This document shows, in pieces, positions 10,069 through 21,158 of a stretch of DNA of 64,000 bases. Made by a program: the position numbers and the translations under genes. Under the pieces are notes generated by a model. The model saw only the letters and a program-made list of their open reading frames with translations, made no database searches and was not told the DNA's origin. The DNA comes from Alphaproteobacteria bacterium. Its GTDB lineage: Bacteria; Pseudomonadota; Alphaproteobacteria; UBA828. Where the stretch lies: the NCBI GenBank assembly GCA_965220745.1, contig CBDCQT010000010.1, forward strand, positions 224,001 to 288,000, given 5' to 3'. Every line of letters starts with the position of its first letter. Position 1 is the stretch's first letter.

Positions 10069-10120
10069 GCTGCCAACCTATTCTCGCCGAAGCCGCAATG
10101 CACGACCGTGGGAGCGTGTC

Positions 10121-10996
10121 ATGTTCCAGGGATATCTGACGGCCCTGATCACGCCGTTCCGCAATGGCGAAGTGGATGAAGACGCCTACCGTGATTTCGT
10201 CGACTGGCAAATCGAGGAGGGCGCCGCCGGGCTCGTGCCCTGCGGAACCACGGGTGAATCGCCGACCCTCAGCCACGAGGAACACCACCGGGTGACCGAG
10301 ATCTGCATCGAGGTCGCGGCGGGACGGGTTCCGGTCGTGGCCGGCACGGGCTCGAACTCGACCGAAGAGGCGATCAGCCTCACCCGTCACGCCAAGGACG
10401 CCGGCGCAGACGGCGCGCTGCTCGTCATGCCCTATTACAACAAGCCGACGCAAGAGGGGATGTACGCCCACTACAAGGCGGTCAACGACGCCGTGGACAT
10501 CCCGCAAATCATCTACAACATCCCCGGCCGGAGCGTGGTGGACATGTCGGTCGAGACCATGGCCCGCCTCGCCGAGCTCCCCAACGTCGTGGGCGTGAAG
10601 GACGCGACCGCCGACCTGGCCCGGCCCACGCGCACCAGGAACACCATCGGCGAGGAGTTCTGTCAGCTCTCGGGCGAGGACGGGACGATCCTGGGCTTCC
10701 TGGCTCAGGGCGGCGACGGCTGCATCTCGGTGACTGCGAACGTAGCCCCGCGCCAGTGCGCGGGCTTCTTCGCCGCGTGGGATCGCGGCGATGCCGCCGA
10801 GGCGCTGGATCGGCACACCCAGCTGATGCCGCTCCACGACACGCTCTTCGTCGAGAGCAATCCGATCCCGGTCAAGTATGCCGCGTCGCTGCTCGGCAAG
10901 TGCGAGCCGGAGGTGAGGCTGCCGCTGACCTCCCCCAGCGAGGCAAACCGCGAGCGGATCGAATCGGCGATGCGCCGGGCTGGCCTCCTCAACTGA
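10121..10996 (+). CDS. dapA: 4-hydroxy-tetrahydrodipicolinate synthase
   Basis: [40 protein letters not shown]. Confidence 0.95.
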   Translation: MFQGYLTALITPFRNGEVDEDAYRDFVDWQIEEGAAGLVPCGTTGESPTLSHEEHHRVTEICIEVAAGRVPVVAGTGSNSTEEAISLTRHAKDAGADGALLVMPYYNKPTQEGMYAHYKAVNDAVDIPQIIYNIPGRSVVDMSVETMARLAELPNVVGVKDATADLARPTRTRNTIGEEFCQLSGEDGTILGFLAQGGDGCISVTANVAPRQCAGFFAAWDRGDAAEALDRHTQLMPLHDTLFVESNPIPVKYAASLLGKCEPEVRLPLTSPSEANRERIESAMRRAGLLN

Positions 10997-11036
10997 GTAC
11001 GGCACCGGGGCAACGCCCCGCGGCCCACCCCATCCG

Positions 11037-11510
11037 ATGAGCGGCAACACCGCGCCCGGCGGCAAACGAATCGCGCAGAATCGCAAGGCGCGCCGCGACT
11101 ATCATCTTGAGCGTCCCTTCGAGGTCGGCATCCGGCTCACCGGGACCGAGGTCAAGTCGCTCCGGGCGGGGCGGGCCAACATCAACGATGCCTACGCCAC
11201 CGAACGCGGCGGCGAGGTGTTTCTGATCAACGCTCACATCGCCCAATACGACGGCGCCGGCCCGTTCAATCACGACCCCCTGCGGCCGCGAAAGCTGCTG
11301 CTGCACAAGCGGGAGATACGCAAGCTGGTGGGGGCGCTGCGCCGCGGTGGCGTGACCCTGGTCCCGCTGGCGCTCTACTTCAACGAGCGCGGTATCGCCA
11401 AGGTGGCGCTCGCCATGGCCTCGGGCAAGCGCAAGTACGACAAGCGCGCCGCCGAGAAGGAGCGTGACTGGAAGCGCCAGAAGGAACGGCTGGTCCGCGA
11501 ACGCGGATAG
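11037..11510 (+). CDS. smpB: SsrA-binding protein
   Basis: NRKARRDY, GTEVKSLR, RKLLLHKREI, GKRKYDKR. Confidence 0.97.
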   Translation: MSGNTAPGGKRIAQNRKARRDYHLERPFEVGIRLTGTEVKSLRAGRANINDAYATERGGEVFLINAHIAQYDGAGPFNHDPLRPRKLLLHKREIRKLVGALRRGGVTLVPLALYFNERGIAKVALAMASGKRKYDKRAAEKERDWKRQKERLVRERG

Positions 11511-11524
11511 AAAAATTTGCCGCC

Positions 11525-12187
11525 TCAGGCGCGGGCCTCGCCCAACACATCCCGAATTGCGGCGAAGACATCGGCGAACATCGCCGGCGTGAGACGGCCC
11601 GTGTTCGTGTTGAGGCGCGAGCAATGGTAGCTGTCGAACAGACTGTGCCTGTCGTCCAGGTTATGGACTGCGCCGTGGACAAAGCGATGGCTGCCGGTGC
11701 GGAACCCCTGCGACCTCAGCACCGCGCCGTGGGCGACCAATCCCAGCGCGAGGATCGCCCGAAGCCGTGTCATCGCCGCGATCTCGGCCGTGAGGAACTG
11801 ACGGCACGCCGCGATTTCCGCCCCCTTCGGCTGATTCTGCGGCGGGACGCAGCGAACCGCATTGGTGATCCGGCAATCGTGCAGCGTGAGGCCATCGGCG
11901 GCGTGAGCGCCGTAGGCACCGCGGGCGAAGCCGAAATCGCCGAGGGTGGCGTAAAGCAGGTCGCCGGCGAAGTCGCCAGTGAAGGGCCGGCCAGTGCGAT
12001 TAGCCCCGCGCAGGCCGGGCGCGAGACCGACAATCAACAGTCGCGCATTAAGTCCACCGAAGCTCGTCACCGGTGCATTGTGCCAGTCCGGCTCGGCAGC
12101 CCTATGACCTTCACGAAAAGCGGCGAGTCGCGGGCACAGATCGCAGTCCCGGTCCGGTGCACGCGGAGCCGGCACCGGCGTGTTCAC
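11525..12187 (-). CDS. Uracil-DNA glycosylase (Fe-S, family 5-like)
   Basis: CDLCPRL, GLAPGLRGANRTGRPFTGD, NAVRCVPP, SYHCSRLN; GTG start overlaps the NYN stop. Confidence 0.9.
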   Translation of the reverse strand: MNTPVPAPRAPDRDCDLCPRLAAFREGHRAAEPDWHNAPVTSFGGLNARLLIVGLAPGLRGANRTGRPFTGDFAGDLLYATLGDFGFARGAYGAHAADGLTLHDCRITNAVRCVPPQNQPKGAEIAACRQFLTAEIAAMTRLRAILALGLVAHGAVLRSQGFRTGSHRFVHGAVHNLDDRHSLFDSYHCSRLNTNTGRLTPAMFADVFAAIRDVLGEARA

Positions 12188-12828
12188 GCCGTGTGCGCGA
12201 CCTCGTCGGCCATCTCGTCCTCCTCGCCCTCTTCGCCGTACCCCTCGTACTCGTCCTCCATCGGCTCCCTCAGGGTCCGGGCACGTTCGTGCCGCCACTT
12301 CGGCTCGCGCGCGATCACGGGCTCGAGCTCCTGCAGCTCGATGAAGGTGTCGGCTTGTCGGCGGAGTTCGTCGGCAATCATCGGGGGCTGCGAGCGGATC
12401 GTGCTGACAACCGATACCCGCACACCCTTGCGCTGGACGGCCTCGGTCACACGACGGAAATCGCCATCGCCCGAGAACAGCACGATGTGGTCGAGGACGT
12501 CGGCCAGCTCCATCATATCGACTGCAATTTCGATATCCATGTCGCCCTTGACCTTGCGGCGACCCAAGGAATCGGTGAACTCCTTGGTCGGCTTCGTGAT
12601 CAAGGTGTAGCCGTTGTAGTCGAGCCAATCGACCAGCGGCCGGATCGGCGAATACTCCTGATCCTCGATGAGGGCCGTGTAATAGAGAGCGCGGATGAGC
12701 CGGGCCTTGCCCGCGAACTCCTCTCGCAAGCGCTTGTAGTCAATGTCGAATCCGAGCGAACGGGCCGCGGCGTAGAGATTTGCGCCGTCAATAAAGAGGC
12801 CGATCCGCTCTTGCGGGTTGAAATCCAT
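12184..12828 (-). CDS. NYN domain (LabA/DUF88) protein
   Basis: FIDGANLY, KGDMDIEIAVD, SGDGDF; acidic tail. Confidence 0.92.
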   Translation of the reverse strand: MDFNPQERIGLFIDGANLYAAARSLGFDIDYKRLREEFAGKARLIRALYYTALIEDQEYSPIRPLVDWLDYNGYTLITKPTKEFTDSLGRRKVKGDMDIEIAVDMMELADVLDHIVLFSGDGDFRRVTEAVQRKGVRVSVVSTIRSQPPMIADELRRQADTFIELQELEPVIAREPKWRHERARTLREPMEDEYEGYGEEGEEDEMADEVAHTA

Positions 12829-12991
12829 CAAGTTCTATCCTTCTCGGTCAGGTAAGGCAGAATACCGGAGAGCATGCCGTTGCTGCGTGGCGCATCTCTC
12901 CGTCGCCCACGAAGTCGCGGGCGCTCGGCACGCGCGCCATAACTAGGGATTATCGGAGAGCGGGACAAGTGCAAGAGTACGTTTCGTCACA

Positions 12992-13519
12992 ATGATTCTG
13001 GTTGCACTCGGTGCGAACCTCGCAAGCGCGCGCCATGGCACGCCGGCCGAGGGGCTGGACGCAGCGCTCGATGCGCTTGCCGCGCGCGGAATCCTTCCCG
13101 TTGCGCGGTCGCGGTGGTACCGCAGCGCGCCGGTTCCACCCGCGCAAGGCCCCTGGTTCGTCAACGGCGTGGTCCGGGTCGAAACGACGCTCTCCCCCGT
13201 TCCGCTCATGGCGCACCTCCTTGCCGTCGAAGCGGCGTTCGGACGACGGCGGAGCATTGCCGGCGCGGACCGTCCCCTCGACCTCGATCTCCTGGACTAC
13301 GATGGCCAGGTCGTCCACCACGCCGCCAGCGACGGCGGACCGGCACTCAGCCTCCCTCACCCCAGTCTTGCGGAACGCGCGTTCGTGCTGGCACCGCTCA
13401 TTGAGGTGGCCCCCGACTGGCGGCATCCGGTGAGCGGCGCCACCGCGGCATCTCTGCTCGCCGTGGTGGCGGGGGATCAGACCATCGAGCCGCTTTCGCC
13501 TGCCCCAACCGGCGCGTGA
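12992..13519 (+). CDS. folK: 2-amino-4-hydroxy-6-hydroxymethyldihydropteridine pyrophosphokinase
   Basis: ALGANL, FVNGVV, RPLDLDLL, LPHP, RAFVLAPL. Confidence 0.93.
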   Translation: MILVALGANLASARHGTPAEGLDAALDALAARGILPVARSRWYRSAPVPPAQGPWFVNGVVRVETTLSPVPLMAHLLAVEAAFGRRRSIAGADRPLDLDLLDYDGQVVHHAASDGGPALSLPHPSLAERAFVLAPLIEVAPDWRHPVSGATAASLLAVVAGDQTIEPLSPAPTGA

Positions 13520-13735
13520 CTGCGCCGGCGCTCCGGTAGCGAACCGCCCACAATCGGACGCCGCGACCGCCCGATCGCAAAATCGCATATTGATTTGATC
13601 ATTTTCGATAGCGAGAGATATCATGGCCCGGCCGCGGACGGCGGCCCGCTAGGGCGGAGGCGGCGGCTTCCGACGAGGGCTCTGCAATCGCGTCGGCTGA
13701 GCCTTCAGCAGCTGGCGCTACGGTCGAAGGACGGA

Positions 13736-15040
13736 ATGCGAAGACTACTGGCAGCCGGCATTGCCGGCTTGATGATGATTTCCCTCCCGGCGATTACGCT
13801 CGCCGACGAGGACCAGGAAACCTATGAGCAGCTCGATCTGTTCGGCGACATTCTCGAACGAATACGGGACGAGTATGTCGAGGAAGTAAGCACGTCCGAC
13901 CTGATCGATGCCGCCATCGAGGGCATGATCGGCTCGCTCGACCCCCATTCGAAGTACCATAACCCCAAGAGCTACAAGGAAGTCCAGGTTCAGGCGCGGG
14001 GTGAGTTCGGCGGCCTCGGCATCGAGGTGACGATGGAGAACGGCCTCGTCAAGGTGATCGCGCCGATCGACGACACGCCCGCGCAGCGTGCCGGAATCGA
14101 GGCGGGGGACCTGGTGACCCATCTCGACGACGAACCGGTGCTCGGTCTCACCCTCCAGCAGGCGGTCGACAGGATGCGCGGCCCCGCCAACTCCGAGATC
14201 ACGCTCACCGTCCGCCGCAGAGGGGTGGAGGAGGATCTGACGTTTCCGATCACCCGCGCGATCATCAAAATTCGTTCGGTGCGCGCGCGGGTAGTGGATG
14301 ACGAGATCATCCTCGCGCGGATCTCGACGTTCTCCGAGCACACGTCCGACGATCTCGAGGGAACACTAGGCGACCTGTGGGACGAGCAGGGCGATCAGGT
14401 GCTCGGCGCCGTGCTTGACCTGCGCAACAATCCCGGAGGCCTTCTCGATCAGGCGATTGCGGTCTCGGATGCGTTCCTGGAACGGGGTGAAATCGTATCG
14501 ACCAGGGGTCGGGACCCCGACAGCATTCTGCGCTTCAACGCGCGCCAAGGAGACATCATCGACGGCCTGCCGCTGGTCGTGCTGATCAACAGCGGGACGG
14601 CCTCGGCCTCAGAGATCGTGGCCGGTGCGCTGCAGGATCACGGGCGGGCACTACTCCTCGGCACCCGCTCGTTCGGCAAGGGCTCGGTGCAGACGGTGCT
14701 TCCCCTCAGCGGGCGCGGCGCACTGCGGCTTACCACGGCGCGCTACTTCACGCCGTCCGGCCGCTCGATCCAGGAACAGGGGATCGACCCCGATATCGTC
14801 GTGGAGCAGATTCGGCCCGAGCCCGAGCCCGAGGCTGACGCGGTGCCTGAACGGCGGGAAGAGGACCTGCGGGGCCATCTCGACAATGACGGGTCGGATG
14901 TCGAGGACGAAGTTGACCCGGTGACTGAGGAGGCTGCCCAGGTTGAGGACGACCCGGCGGATGGCGACTATCAGCTGGCCCGCGCGATCGAGCAGCTGCG
15001 CGGCTTCCACGTCCTCTCGGGCAGAGCGATCGTAAACTGA
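13736..15040 (+). CDS. ctpA: Carboxy-terminal processing protease S41 (PDZ)
   Basis: [36 protein letters not shown]. Confidence 0.92.
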   Translation: MRRLLAAGIAGLMMISLPAITLADEDQETYEQLDLFGDILERIRDEYVEEVSTSDLIDAAIEGMIGSLDPHSKYHNPKSYKEVQVQARGEFGGLGIEVTMENGLVKVIAPIDDTPAQRAGIEAGDLVTHLDDEPVLGLTLQQAVDRMRGPANSEITLTVRRRGVEEDLTFPITRAIIKIRSVRARVVDDEIILARISTFSEHTSDDLEGTLGDLWDEQGDQVLGAVLDLRNNPGGLLDQAIAVSDAFLERGEIVSTRGRDPDSILRFNARQGDIIDGLPLVVLINSGTASASEIVAGALQDHGRALLLGTRSFGKGSVQTVLPLSGRGALRLTTARYFTPSGRSIQEQGIDPDIVVEQIRPEPEPEADAVPERREEDLRGHLDNDGSDVEDEVDPVTEEAAQVEDDPADGDYQLARAIEQLRGFHVLSGRAIVN

Positions 15041-15074
15041 GCCGGTACGCGCGTCGGCCCCATCTCCGGGTGAC

Positions 15075-15587
15075 ATGAATAGTCTCGACGGGCTCCCCTA
15101 TCGGCCCTGTGTCGGCGTGCTGTTGTTCAACGCACGGCGGCAAGTCTTCGTCGGACAGCGCATCGACATGGTGCAGGAAGCCTGGCAGATGCCGCAGGGC
15201 GGCATCGACCGGGGCGAGGACCCGCGCGATACGGCGCTAAGGGAGCTTGAGGAAGAGACCGGCGTCAGACCCGACAAGGTGGAGCTTGTCGCGGAAACGC
15301 GGGAATGGCTGCGCTACGACTTGCCGCCAAACCTGGTAAACCGCGTTTGGCGCGGGCGCTACCGGGGCCAGGAGCAGAAATGGTTCGCCGCGTGCTTCCT
15401 CGGCACCGATGCCGACATCGATATCAATACGTCGCATCCCGAGTTCAGCGACTGGCGCTGGTCTCCCGTCGACGAAATCGCCGCGAACGCGGTTTCCTTC
15501 AAGCGGGCGCTCTACGAAGCGGTGATTGCTGAGTTCCGGCCGTTTCTTTCGCCCGCGCCCGCACCAGACGGCGGACATAAAGCCTGA
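15075..15587 (+). CDS. rppH: RNA pyrophosphohydrolase
   Basis: [17 protein letters not shown]...RELEEETG Nudix box, GQEQKWF. Confidence 0.93.
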   Translation: MNSLDGLPYRPCVGVLLFNARRQVFVGQRIDMVQEAWQMPQGGIDRGEDPRDTALRELEEETGVRPDKVELVAETREWLRYDLPPNLVNRVWRGRYRGQEQKWFAACFLGTDADIDINTSHPEFSDWRWSPVDEIAANAVSFKRALYEAVIAEFRPFLSPAPAPDGGHKA

Positions 15588-16362
15588 GCGCAAGCCAAGT
15601 CAGCGCCGCGATAATTCTTCCCAGCCGTCCCTGCGGCTTGATGCCGACCGCCTTCAAAGTCATGCCAACGCCGCGCTGAACGTGATCCCGCCGGTAGAGC
15701 GGTAGCGTGCGCGCCGCATAAGCGAGGGTGGCGCGTCGGCGAACGTAGGGATCGGGCTCTCCGGCACCGGAGTGATAGGCGTAGGAGAGCTCGTCGTCGG
15801 TCGACTCGAATAGACGGCCGAGCGCCACCTTGGCGCGCGCGAGCCGGCCGACGCCCTCGATATCCCGATAGCGCTTCATGGTGGTGTAGAAGAGCTTGTA
15901 GTGGCGGAACTCGTCGCCCGCGATCCGCTTGCAGATCGCCTTGAAGACCGGTTCTTCGGCGGCGTCGCGCAGCGCACTGTAGTAGGTGGACGTGCCGACC
16001 TCGACGATGCAGCGCGCCACCATCTCGGCGCAGCGTGACCCCCGGATCGATTCGCTCGCCTCCACGTCGATGGGATGGCCCGCGACGAAGCGGGCGAAGG
16101 TCGCATCGAAGTCGAACGAGGGGTCCGCGAGCTCGGCGTAGCGGCGCAGGACCGCGCCGTGCTGGACCTCCTCCTCCGCCCACGCAAGCGCGTCGGCGCA
16201 GAAGCCGGGATCGTCGTGAAACACGCCGCAGAGATACTTGCCGTAGTCGGCGCTGTGGTGCTCGACCATGCACGCGGCCTTGGCAATCTTGACCATCTCC
16301 GGGTCGAGCTTCGACCGGTCGAACTGGTCCCAAGGGATGTCGTCAAGGGTCCAGTGGCCCAT
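15499..16362 (-). CDS. Ferritin-like di-iron protein
   Basis: Two E...EXXH sets (MVEHHS/EEEVQHG; IVEVGT/GDEFRHY). Confidence 0.8.
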   Translation of the reverse strand: MGHWTLDDIPWDQFDRSKLDPEMVKIAKAACMVEHHSADYGKYLCGVFHDDPGFCADALAWAEEEVQHGAVLRRYAELADPSFDFDATFARFVAGHPIDVEASESIRGSRCAEMVARCIVEVGTSTYYSALRDAAEEPVFKAICKRIAGDEFRHYKLFYTTMKRYRDIEGVGRLARAKVALGRLFESTDDELSYAYHSGAGEPDPYVRRRATLAYAARTLPLYRRDHVQRGVGMTLKAVGIKPQGRLGRIIAALTWLALRLYVRRLVRARAKETAGTQQSPLRRAPA

Positions 16363-16468
16363 GGTCCGCGTCCTGGATTAAGACGATTCAACGGTCCCGC
16401 ATAATAGCACGTGCAGGCCGAATGTCGCTAAGGACGGAATCGATTTCATATCCTGCTTGACGGCTCAT

Positions 16469-16491
16469 AACCTTTATTCAAAATACATCTT
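16469..16491. promoter_or_regulatory. Putative NsrR operator upstream of nirK
   Basis: AACCTTTATTC-A-AAATACATCTT vs NsrR 11-1-11 consensus AAGATGYATTT-N-AAATRCATCTT: right half exact, left 7/11. Confidence 0.6.
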
Positions 16492-16605
16492 TTAGGTGCC
16501 CACGGGTTGTCTCAGCGGCCCATCGAATGGGTTGAGGCAGGGCCGATCCGATCCGGGCGCATTGAATACATGCGATGAGGCAACAGCGGATAGGAGGGTA
16601 CAGCC

Positions 16606-17715
16606 ATGCTACACGTGAACAGACGTGACGTTCTTAAGATGGGTGGCGCGCTAGGCGCTGCCTCGGCCGCAACCCCGGTCATGGTGGCGTCGGCCAGCGA
16701 CGCGGACGTCAGCGGCCTCCCCAGGGTCAAGCAGGAGCTCGTCGCTCCGCCCTTCGTTCCGGCCCATGAGCAGGTTGCCACGGACGGACCGAAGATCATC
16801 GAGGTGGAGCTCACCGCCACCGAGGACAAACGCGAAATCGACGACGACGGCACCATGCTCAACACGCTGTCGTTCAACGGCTCGATCCCAGGGCCGCTGA
16901 TGATCTGCCACGAGGGCGACTACATCGAGCTCACGCTGAAGAACCCGGCGAGCAACATCTTCGAGCACAACATCGACTTCCACGCGTCGACCGGCGCGCT
17001 CGGCGGCGGCGGGCTCACGCTCATCTCGCCCGGCGAGCAGGTCAAGCTGCGCTGGAAGGCGACCAAGGCCGGCACCTACATCTACCACTGCGCGCCGGGC
17101 GGAACGATGATCCCCTTCCATGTCGTCTCCGGCATGAATGGGGCGGTGATGGTGCTGCCGCGCGACGGCCTCAAGGACCGTCACGGTAACCCGCTCCGCT
17201 ACGACCGGGCCTATTACATCGGCGAGCAGGACTTCTACGTGCCCCGCGACGCCGATGGCGAATTTATCGACTACGTCGACCACACCGAGGGCATGTCCGA
17301 CATGTTCGACGTGATGCAGACACTCACGCCGAGCCACGTCGTGCTGAACGGCCGGGTCGGCGCGCTCACCGGCGACAACGCGATGACGGCGAACGTCGGC
17401 GAGTCGGTGCTGTTCATCCACTCCCAGGCCAACCGCGATTCCAGACCGCACCTGATCGGCGGCCACGGCGACTACGTCTGGGAGCAGGGCTCGTTCGTCG
17501 ACCCACCGGCGGAAGGGCTCGAGACCTGGTTCATCCGGGGCGGCTCCGCCGGTGCCGCGCTCTATACCTTCAGGCAGTCGGGAGCCTACGTGTATCTCTC
17601 CCACAACCTGATCGAGGCGGTTCAACTGGGCTGTCTCGGCGTCGTCGTCGTCGAGGGCGAGTGGGACCACGACCTGATGACGCAGGTCCAGCCGCCGACC
17701 GTGATGACGGCCTAG
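16606..17715 (+). CDS. nirK: Copper-containing nitrite reductase
   Basis: TAT signal RRDVLK; [38 protein letters not shown] carry all type 1/type 2 Cu ligands. Confidence 0.97.
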   Translation: MLHVNRRDVLKMGGALGAASAATPVMVASASDADVSGLPRVKQELVAPPFVPAHEQVATDGPKIIEVELTATEDKREIDDDGTMLNTLSFNGSIPGPLMICHEGDYIELTLKNPASNIFEHNIDFHASTGALGGGGLTLISPGEQVKLRWKATKAGTYIYHCAPGGTMIPFHVVSGMNGAVMVLPRDGLKDRHGNPLRYDRAYYIGEQDFYVPRDADGEFIDYVDHTEGMSDMFDVMQTLTPSHVVLNGRVGALTGDNAMTANVGESVLFIHSQANRDSRPHLIGGHGDYVWEQGSFVDPPAEGLETWFIRGGSAGAALYTFRQSGAYVYLSHNLIEAVQLGCLGVVVVEGEWDHDLMTQVQPPTVMTA

Positions 17716-17833
17716 ATCCTCCCGCACACTGGCTGCTCCCGGTTCTCCGGGAGCGGCCGATTTCTTTGTCTGTTAGTTTGAGCTTTCGTAGTACGGGATT
17801 CATAACGGGGTTCGCGGCTCGCGAACGGTCCCC

Positions 17834-18316
17834 CTATCTCCCGGTCGCACCCGCTCCTTGCGACACGAGTCTGCGTTCTTCCCTTGCTGCGAAGATGCGC
17901 CGGAACACCGGCGCCGGCTTCAGCATGTCTTCCAGCGTGTACTGATCGAGCACGCCGAAAAAGGCTTGCAGGCCCTCCTCGAGAACCCCGGTCAAACGGC
18001 ATGGACCGGCGATCGGGCACGTGTTCTTCTCCCGACCGGCGAAGCACTCGACCAGCTGAAAGTTCCCTTCGGTGGCGCGGATGACCTCGCCCAGATTGAT
18101 CTCGCTCGCCGGCATCGCGAGCTCCAGGCCGCCGTTCTTGCCTCGGGTCGTCGTGATGTATCCCTCCTGACCCAGCTGATGGATCAGCTTCATCAGGTGG
18201 TTCTCGGAAATTCCGTAGGCATCGGAGATTTCCCGGATCGTGCAGCGCCGGTGGCGGTTGAGACCCAGGTAGATGAGGGCTCTCAAGCAATAGTCGCTGT
18301 ATTTCGTCAGCTGCAT
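17834..18316 (-). CDS. nsrR: Rrf2-family NO-responsive repressor
   Basis: MQLTKYSDY.LRAL, ISENHLMK, RGKNGG, three Cys (LVECF...CPIAGPC); adjacent to nirK. Confidence 0.8.
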   Translation of the reverse strand: MQLTKYSDYCLRALIYLGLNRHRRCTIREISDAYGISENHLMKLIHQLGQEGYITTTRGKNGGLELAMPASEINLGEVIRATEGNFQLVECFAGREKNTCPIAGPCRLTGVLEEGLQAFFGVLDQYTLEDMLKPAPVFRRIFAAREERRLVSQGAGATGR

Positions 18317-18426
18317 GTAACCGACCTCATCGGTGCGGGCATCGATTTTAGCCCGCATCTCTCGCCAGGGTCACGGCCTGCGTCGCGCCCAGGCGTTCGA
18401 TCCGCCAGGAGCGGGCCGAAAAGCGT

Positions 18427-18598
18427 ATCGGATCGCATGAAGGACATCCTCGACCGCTATCCCCTGCCGCCGGCCACGGTCGTGCACTCGATCTATGCCG
18501 CCTGAGCGAACCTGACATGCGAGGAACCGAGTGCGGTAATCCCGCTCGCTCGGGTCTGTGAGGGGAGGGGCTCGGTAACGACCCCTCCTACTCCGCCC
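18427..18598 (+). mobile_element. Group II intron 3' remnant (IEP C-terminus + domains V and VI)
   Basis: ...ILDRYPLPPATVVHSIYAA* (stop 18505), then DV GAACCGAGTGCGGTAATCCCGCTCGCTCGGGTC and DVI GGAGGGGCTCG-GTAA-CGACCCCTCC-T-A-CTCC with bulged A at 18590. Confidence 0.8.
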
Positions 18599-18952
18599 GC
18601 GGTGTCACGTAAATCAATGAGTTAGCAGGCCCATTGGCGTCCAATCTACGCATCGATCAACAAGCGGCTACCACGAGGCTGGCGCAGGCAAGCTAGTCTC
18701 CCGCGGCCGAGGCCATCGCGAACCCGCCTTGGGGTTGCGGGATTGCAACAACACCCTGAGCCTGAGGAAAACCAAGCGATTGCACTCCCGACCTCGGTCG
18801 CACGTTCGAATCCGACAGGCATTCCAAATACCATCGTGGTAGGCTGCAAATCTGGTTTGGGAAGCTCGCTATGCTTCTTTCCGGCGTGTTGGGCCAAATG
18901 TGGGGCTGGCGAGAGTTTTTCCCAAAAGGGCATTTTACTTCTACAGGTTACG

Positions 18953-18984
18953 GGAGGGTTCGAATCCCCGTCCCTCCTCCGCCA
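18953..18984 (+). other. Degenerate tRNA 3'-end fragment (Ser-like; att scar)
   Basis: GGAGGGTTCGAATCCCCGTCCCTCCTCCGCCA: T-loop GTTCGAATC and terminal CCGCCA, no 5' half. Confidence 0.5.
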
Positions 18985-19071
18985 TACACCGCCGCCCCAT
19001 TTCGCCTTGCCTGCGACCGGGTGGTCTTTATCGCCGCCGGGCGCGCCGCCAAACGCTGAGAGGACGAATCG

Positions 19072-19740
19072 ATGGAACTGTACGAGGTCATGCGCACGAC
19101 CTTCGCCTGCCGCGATTTCACCGACGATCACCTGCCCGACGAGGTGATCTACGAGATGATCGAGAACGCCCGCTTCTCGCCGAGCGGGGGCAACCGCCAG
19201 GGCAACCGGGTCATCATCGTGCGCGACATGGCGACCAGGCAGCGGCTTTCCGACCTGACGATACCGGTCGCCAAGCGCTACCGCGCCCAGATCGATGCGG
19301 GCGAAAGTCCTTGGAGCGCCTGGGTTCCGACTAAGCTCACGCCCGAGCAGATCGAGGCGACTTCGGCACCGGCCATGCTGACCGAGCCGTTGATCAAGTC
19401 CTCGGTCGTGCTGGTGGTCTGCGTCGACCTCAAAGTGGTCGCCGCAACCGATCAGTATCTGGACCGCGTCGGCGTGATCAGCGGGGCCTCGATCTATCCC
19501 TTCGCCTGGAGCCTGCTGCTGGCAGCCCGACAGAACGGGTTCGGCGGCACGATCACAACCCTCCCCATCGCCCACGAGCCCGAGATCAAGACGCTGCTCA
19601 ACATCCCGGAGGATCACGCGGTCTGCGCGGTCATGCCCTTCGGGCGCCCGGTCAAGCAGCTCACCAAGCTGAGACGCCGCCCGGTGGAGGAGATCGCCAC
19701 CCGCGAGCGTTTCGACGGCGAGGTATTCACGCAGAATTGA
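19072..19740 (+). CDS. Nitroreductase family protein
   Basis: MRTTFACRDF, ARFSPSGGNRQ, LLLAARQNGFGG, PFGRP. Confidence 0.88.
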   Translation: MELYEVMRTTFACRDFTDDHLPDEVIYEMIENARFSPSGGNRQGNRVIIVRDMATRQRLSDLTIPVAKRYRAQIDAGESPWSAWVPTKLTPEQIEATSAPAMLTEPLIKSSVVLVVCVDLKVVAATDQYLDRVGVISGASIYPFAWSLLLAARQNGFGGTITTLPIAHEPEIKTLLNIPEDHAVCAVMPFGRPVKQLTKLRRRPVEEIATRERFDGEVFTQN

Positions 19741-19781
19741 TGCGTGCCTGGGGCGTCGGCACCGCGACCAGGCTGAGACGA

Positions 19782-19815
19782 CGAGACCCCGCCAGGGTCA
19801 CCCTGCGGGGTCTCG
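19782..19815 (+). terminator. GC-rich hairpin after nitroreductase (possible terminator)
   Basis: CGAGACCCCG...CGGGGTCTCG inverted repeat; weak U-tract. Confidence 0.45.
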
Positions 19816-19854
19816 CGCCTTTCGGCGGACCGCCTGCACCGGCGGTCTCGAAAC

Positions 19855-19873
19855 TGGCTCCCCGGGCCGGACT
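19855..19873 (-). repeat. att-site duplication of tRNA-Asn 3' end (distal island boundary)
   Basis: TGGCTCCCCGGGCCGGACT is identical to 56312-56330. Confidence 0.9.
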
Positions 19874-19909
19874 TGAGTGTGTTCAGTAAAGTATTGATAT
19901 AAAATAATT

Positions 19910-20545
19910 TGTCAATCGGCTTTGAAGATTGACTCCCTATCGGCGTGCAAAATTGACCCCCCTGAGAGGCACGGCGGAGGTTGTACCGGTAGCCAATAGG
20001 GGGGACCCGCGCGGCTTCGTGTAGCGCCCCGCGTTACGCGAAGCGAAGCCGCGTGGGGGGTGCCTGTTGGCCCACCGGGGCAACCGGTCCGCAGGGGAGG
20101 CCGCGCCGGATCAGGATCGGTTCTTGAAGCGCCAGCTCTCGTTGCCGGTCTCGATGATCTCGCAGTGGTGGGTGAGACGATCGAGCAGCGCTGTGGTCAT
20201 CTTGGGGTCGCCGAAGACGGAGGGCCACTCGCCGAAGGCGAGGTTGGTTGTGATGACGGTGGAGGTTCTCTCGTAGAGCCGGCTCATGAGGTGGAAGAGG
20301 AGCTGCCCGCCGGCCTGTGCGAAGGGCAGGTAGCCGAGCTCGTCGAGGATGACGAAGTCGCGGCGGACGAGCTGCTCTGCGGTGCGTCCCTGGCGTCCGG
20401 CGCGGAGTTCGGCCTCGAGGTGGTTGACCAGGTCGACAACGTTGTAGCACCGGCCTCGGGCGCCCTTGCGGATGCAGGAGCGCGCGACGGCGACGGCGAG
20501 ATGGGTCTTGCCGGTGCCGGTGCCGCCGACCAGCACGATGTTGCG
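19910..20545 (-). mobile_element. IS21-family remnant: right end + truncated istB (20111-20545)
   Basis: TGTCAATCGG...AAAATTGACCCC repeats; ist[32 protein letters not shown]. Confidence 0.88.
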
Positions 20546-21158
20546 CTAGAGCAGGTTCCGATCATACGCGGTCATATCCTGCAGCAGCGAAGTAGTTTTG
20601 GCATTCGGCGGGTGTGAAGTTGTCTGTGGCTTCGCCGATGGCGTCCCAGAGTTCCGGGACGGTGCGGGCGGCGCGTCGCTTGAGGTAGGCCTTGAACTTG
20701 GAGAAGGCCATCTCGATCGGGTTGAGGTCGGGGCTGTAGGGCGGCAGGAAGTGGAGCTCGGCCCCGGCCTGGTGAATGGCGTCGCGGACAGCGCTGCTGC
20801 GGTGGCAGGCAAGGTTGTCCATCACCACGATGTCGCCGGGCTTGAGCGTGGGCACCAGCACTTGGTCTACGTAGGCGAGGAAGGCGGCGCCATGCATGGC
20901 GCCGTCGAGCACCATGGGAGCGGTCATCCCGCTCAGCCTGAGGGCACCGACGAAGGTTGTGGTCTTCCAGTGGCCATGGGGCACAGGGGCGCGGCACCTC
21001 TGTCCGCGCGGAGCCCGGCCCGAGCGTCTCGCCATCTTGGTGGACGCGCCTGTTTCATCGACGAAGACGAGCTTCTCAGGGTCGAGATCGGGCTGGGCTT
21101 CGACCCAGGCGCGCCTGCGCCTGAGCACGTCAGCGCGTTGCTGCTCGCTGGCGTGTGC
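20546..21158 (-). mobile_element. IS630-family remnant (DDE half of transposase, 20562-21158)
   Basis: [25 protein letters not shown]; end CTAGAGCAGGTTCC interrupts istB. Confidence 0.88.

Noticed and set aside
16458-16471. FNR/NnrR box TTGACGGCTCATAA, and its 12-bp match near 45200
   Set aside because: Poor second half-site, more likely a -35 element; the short match is plausibly chance.
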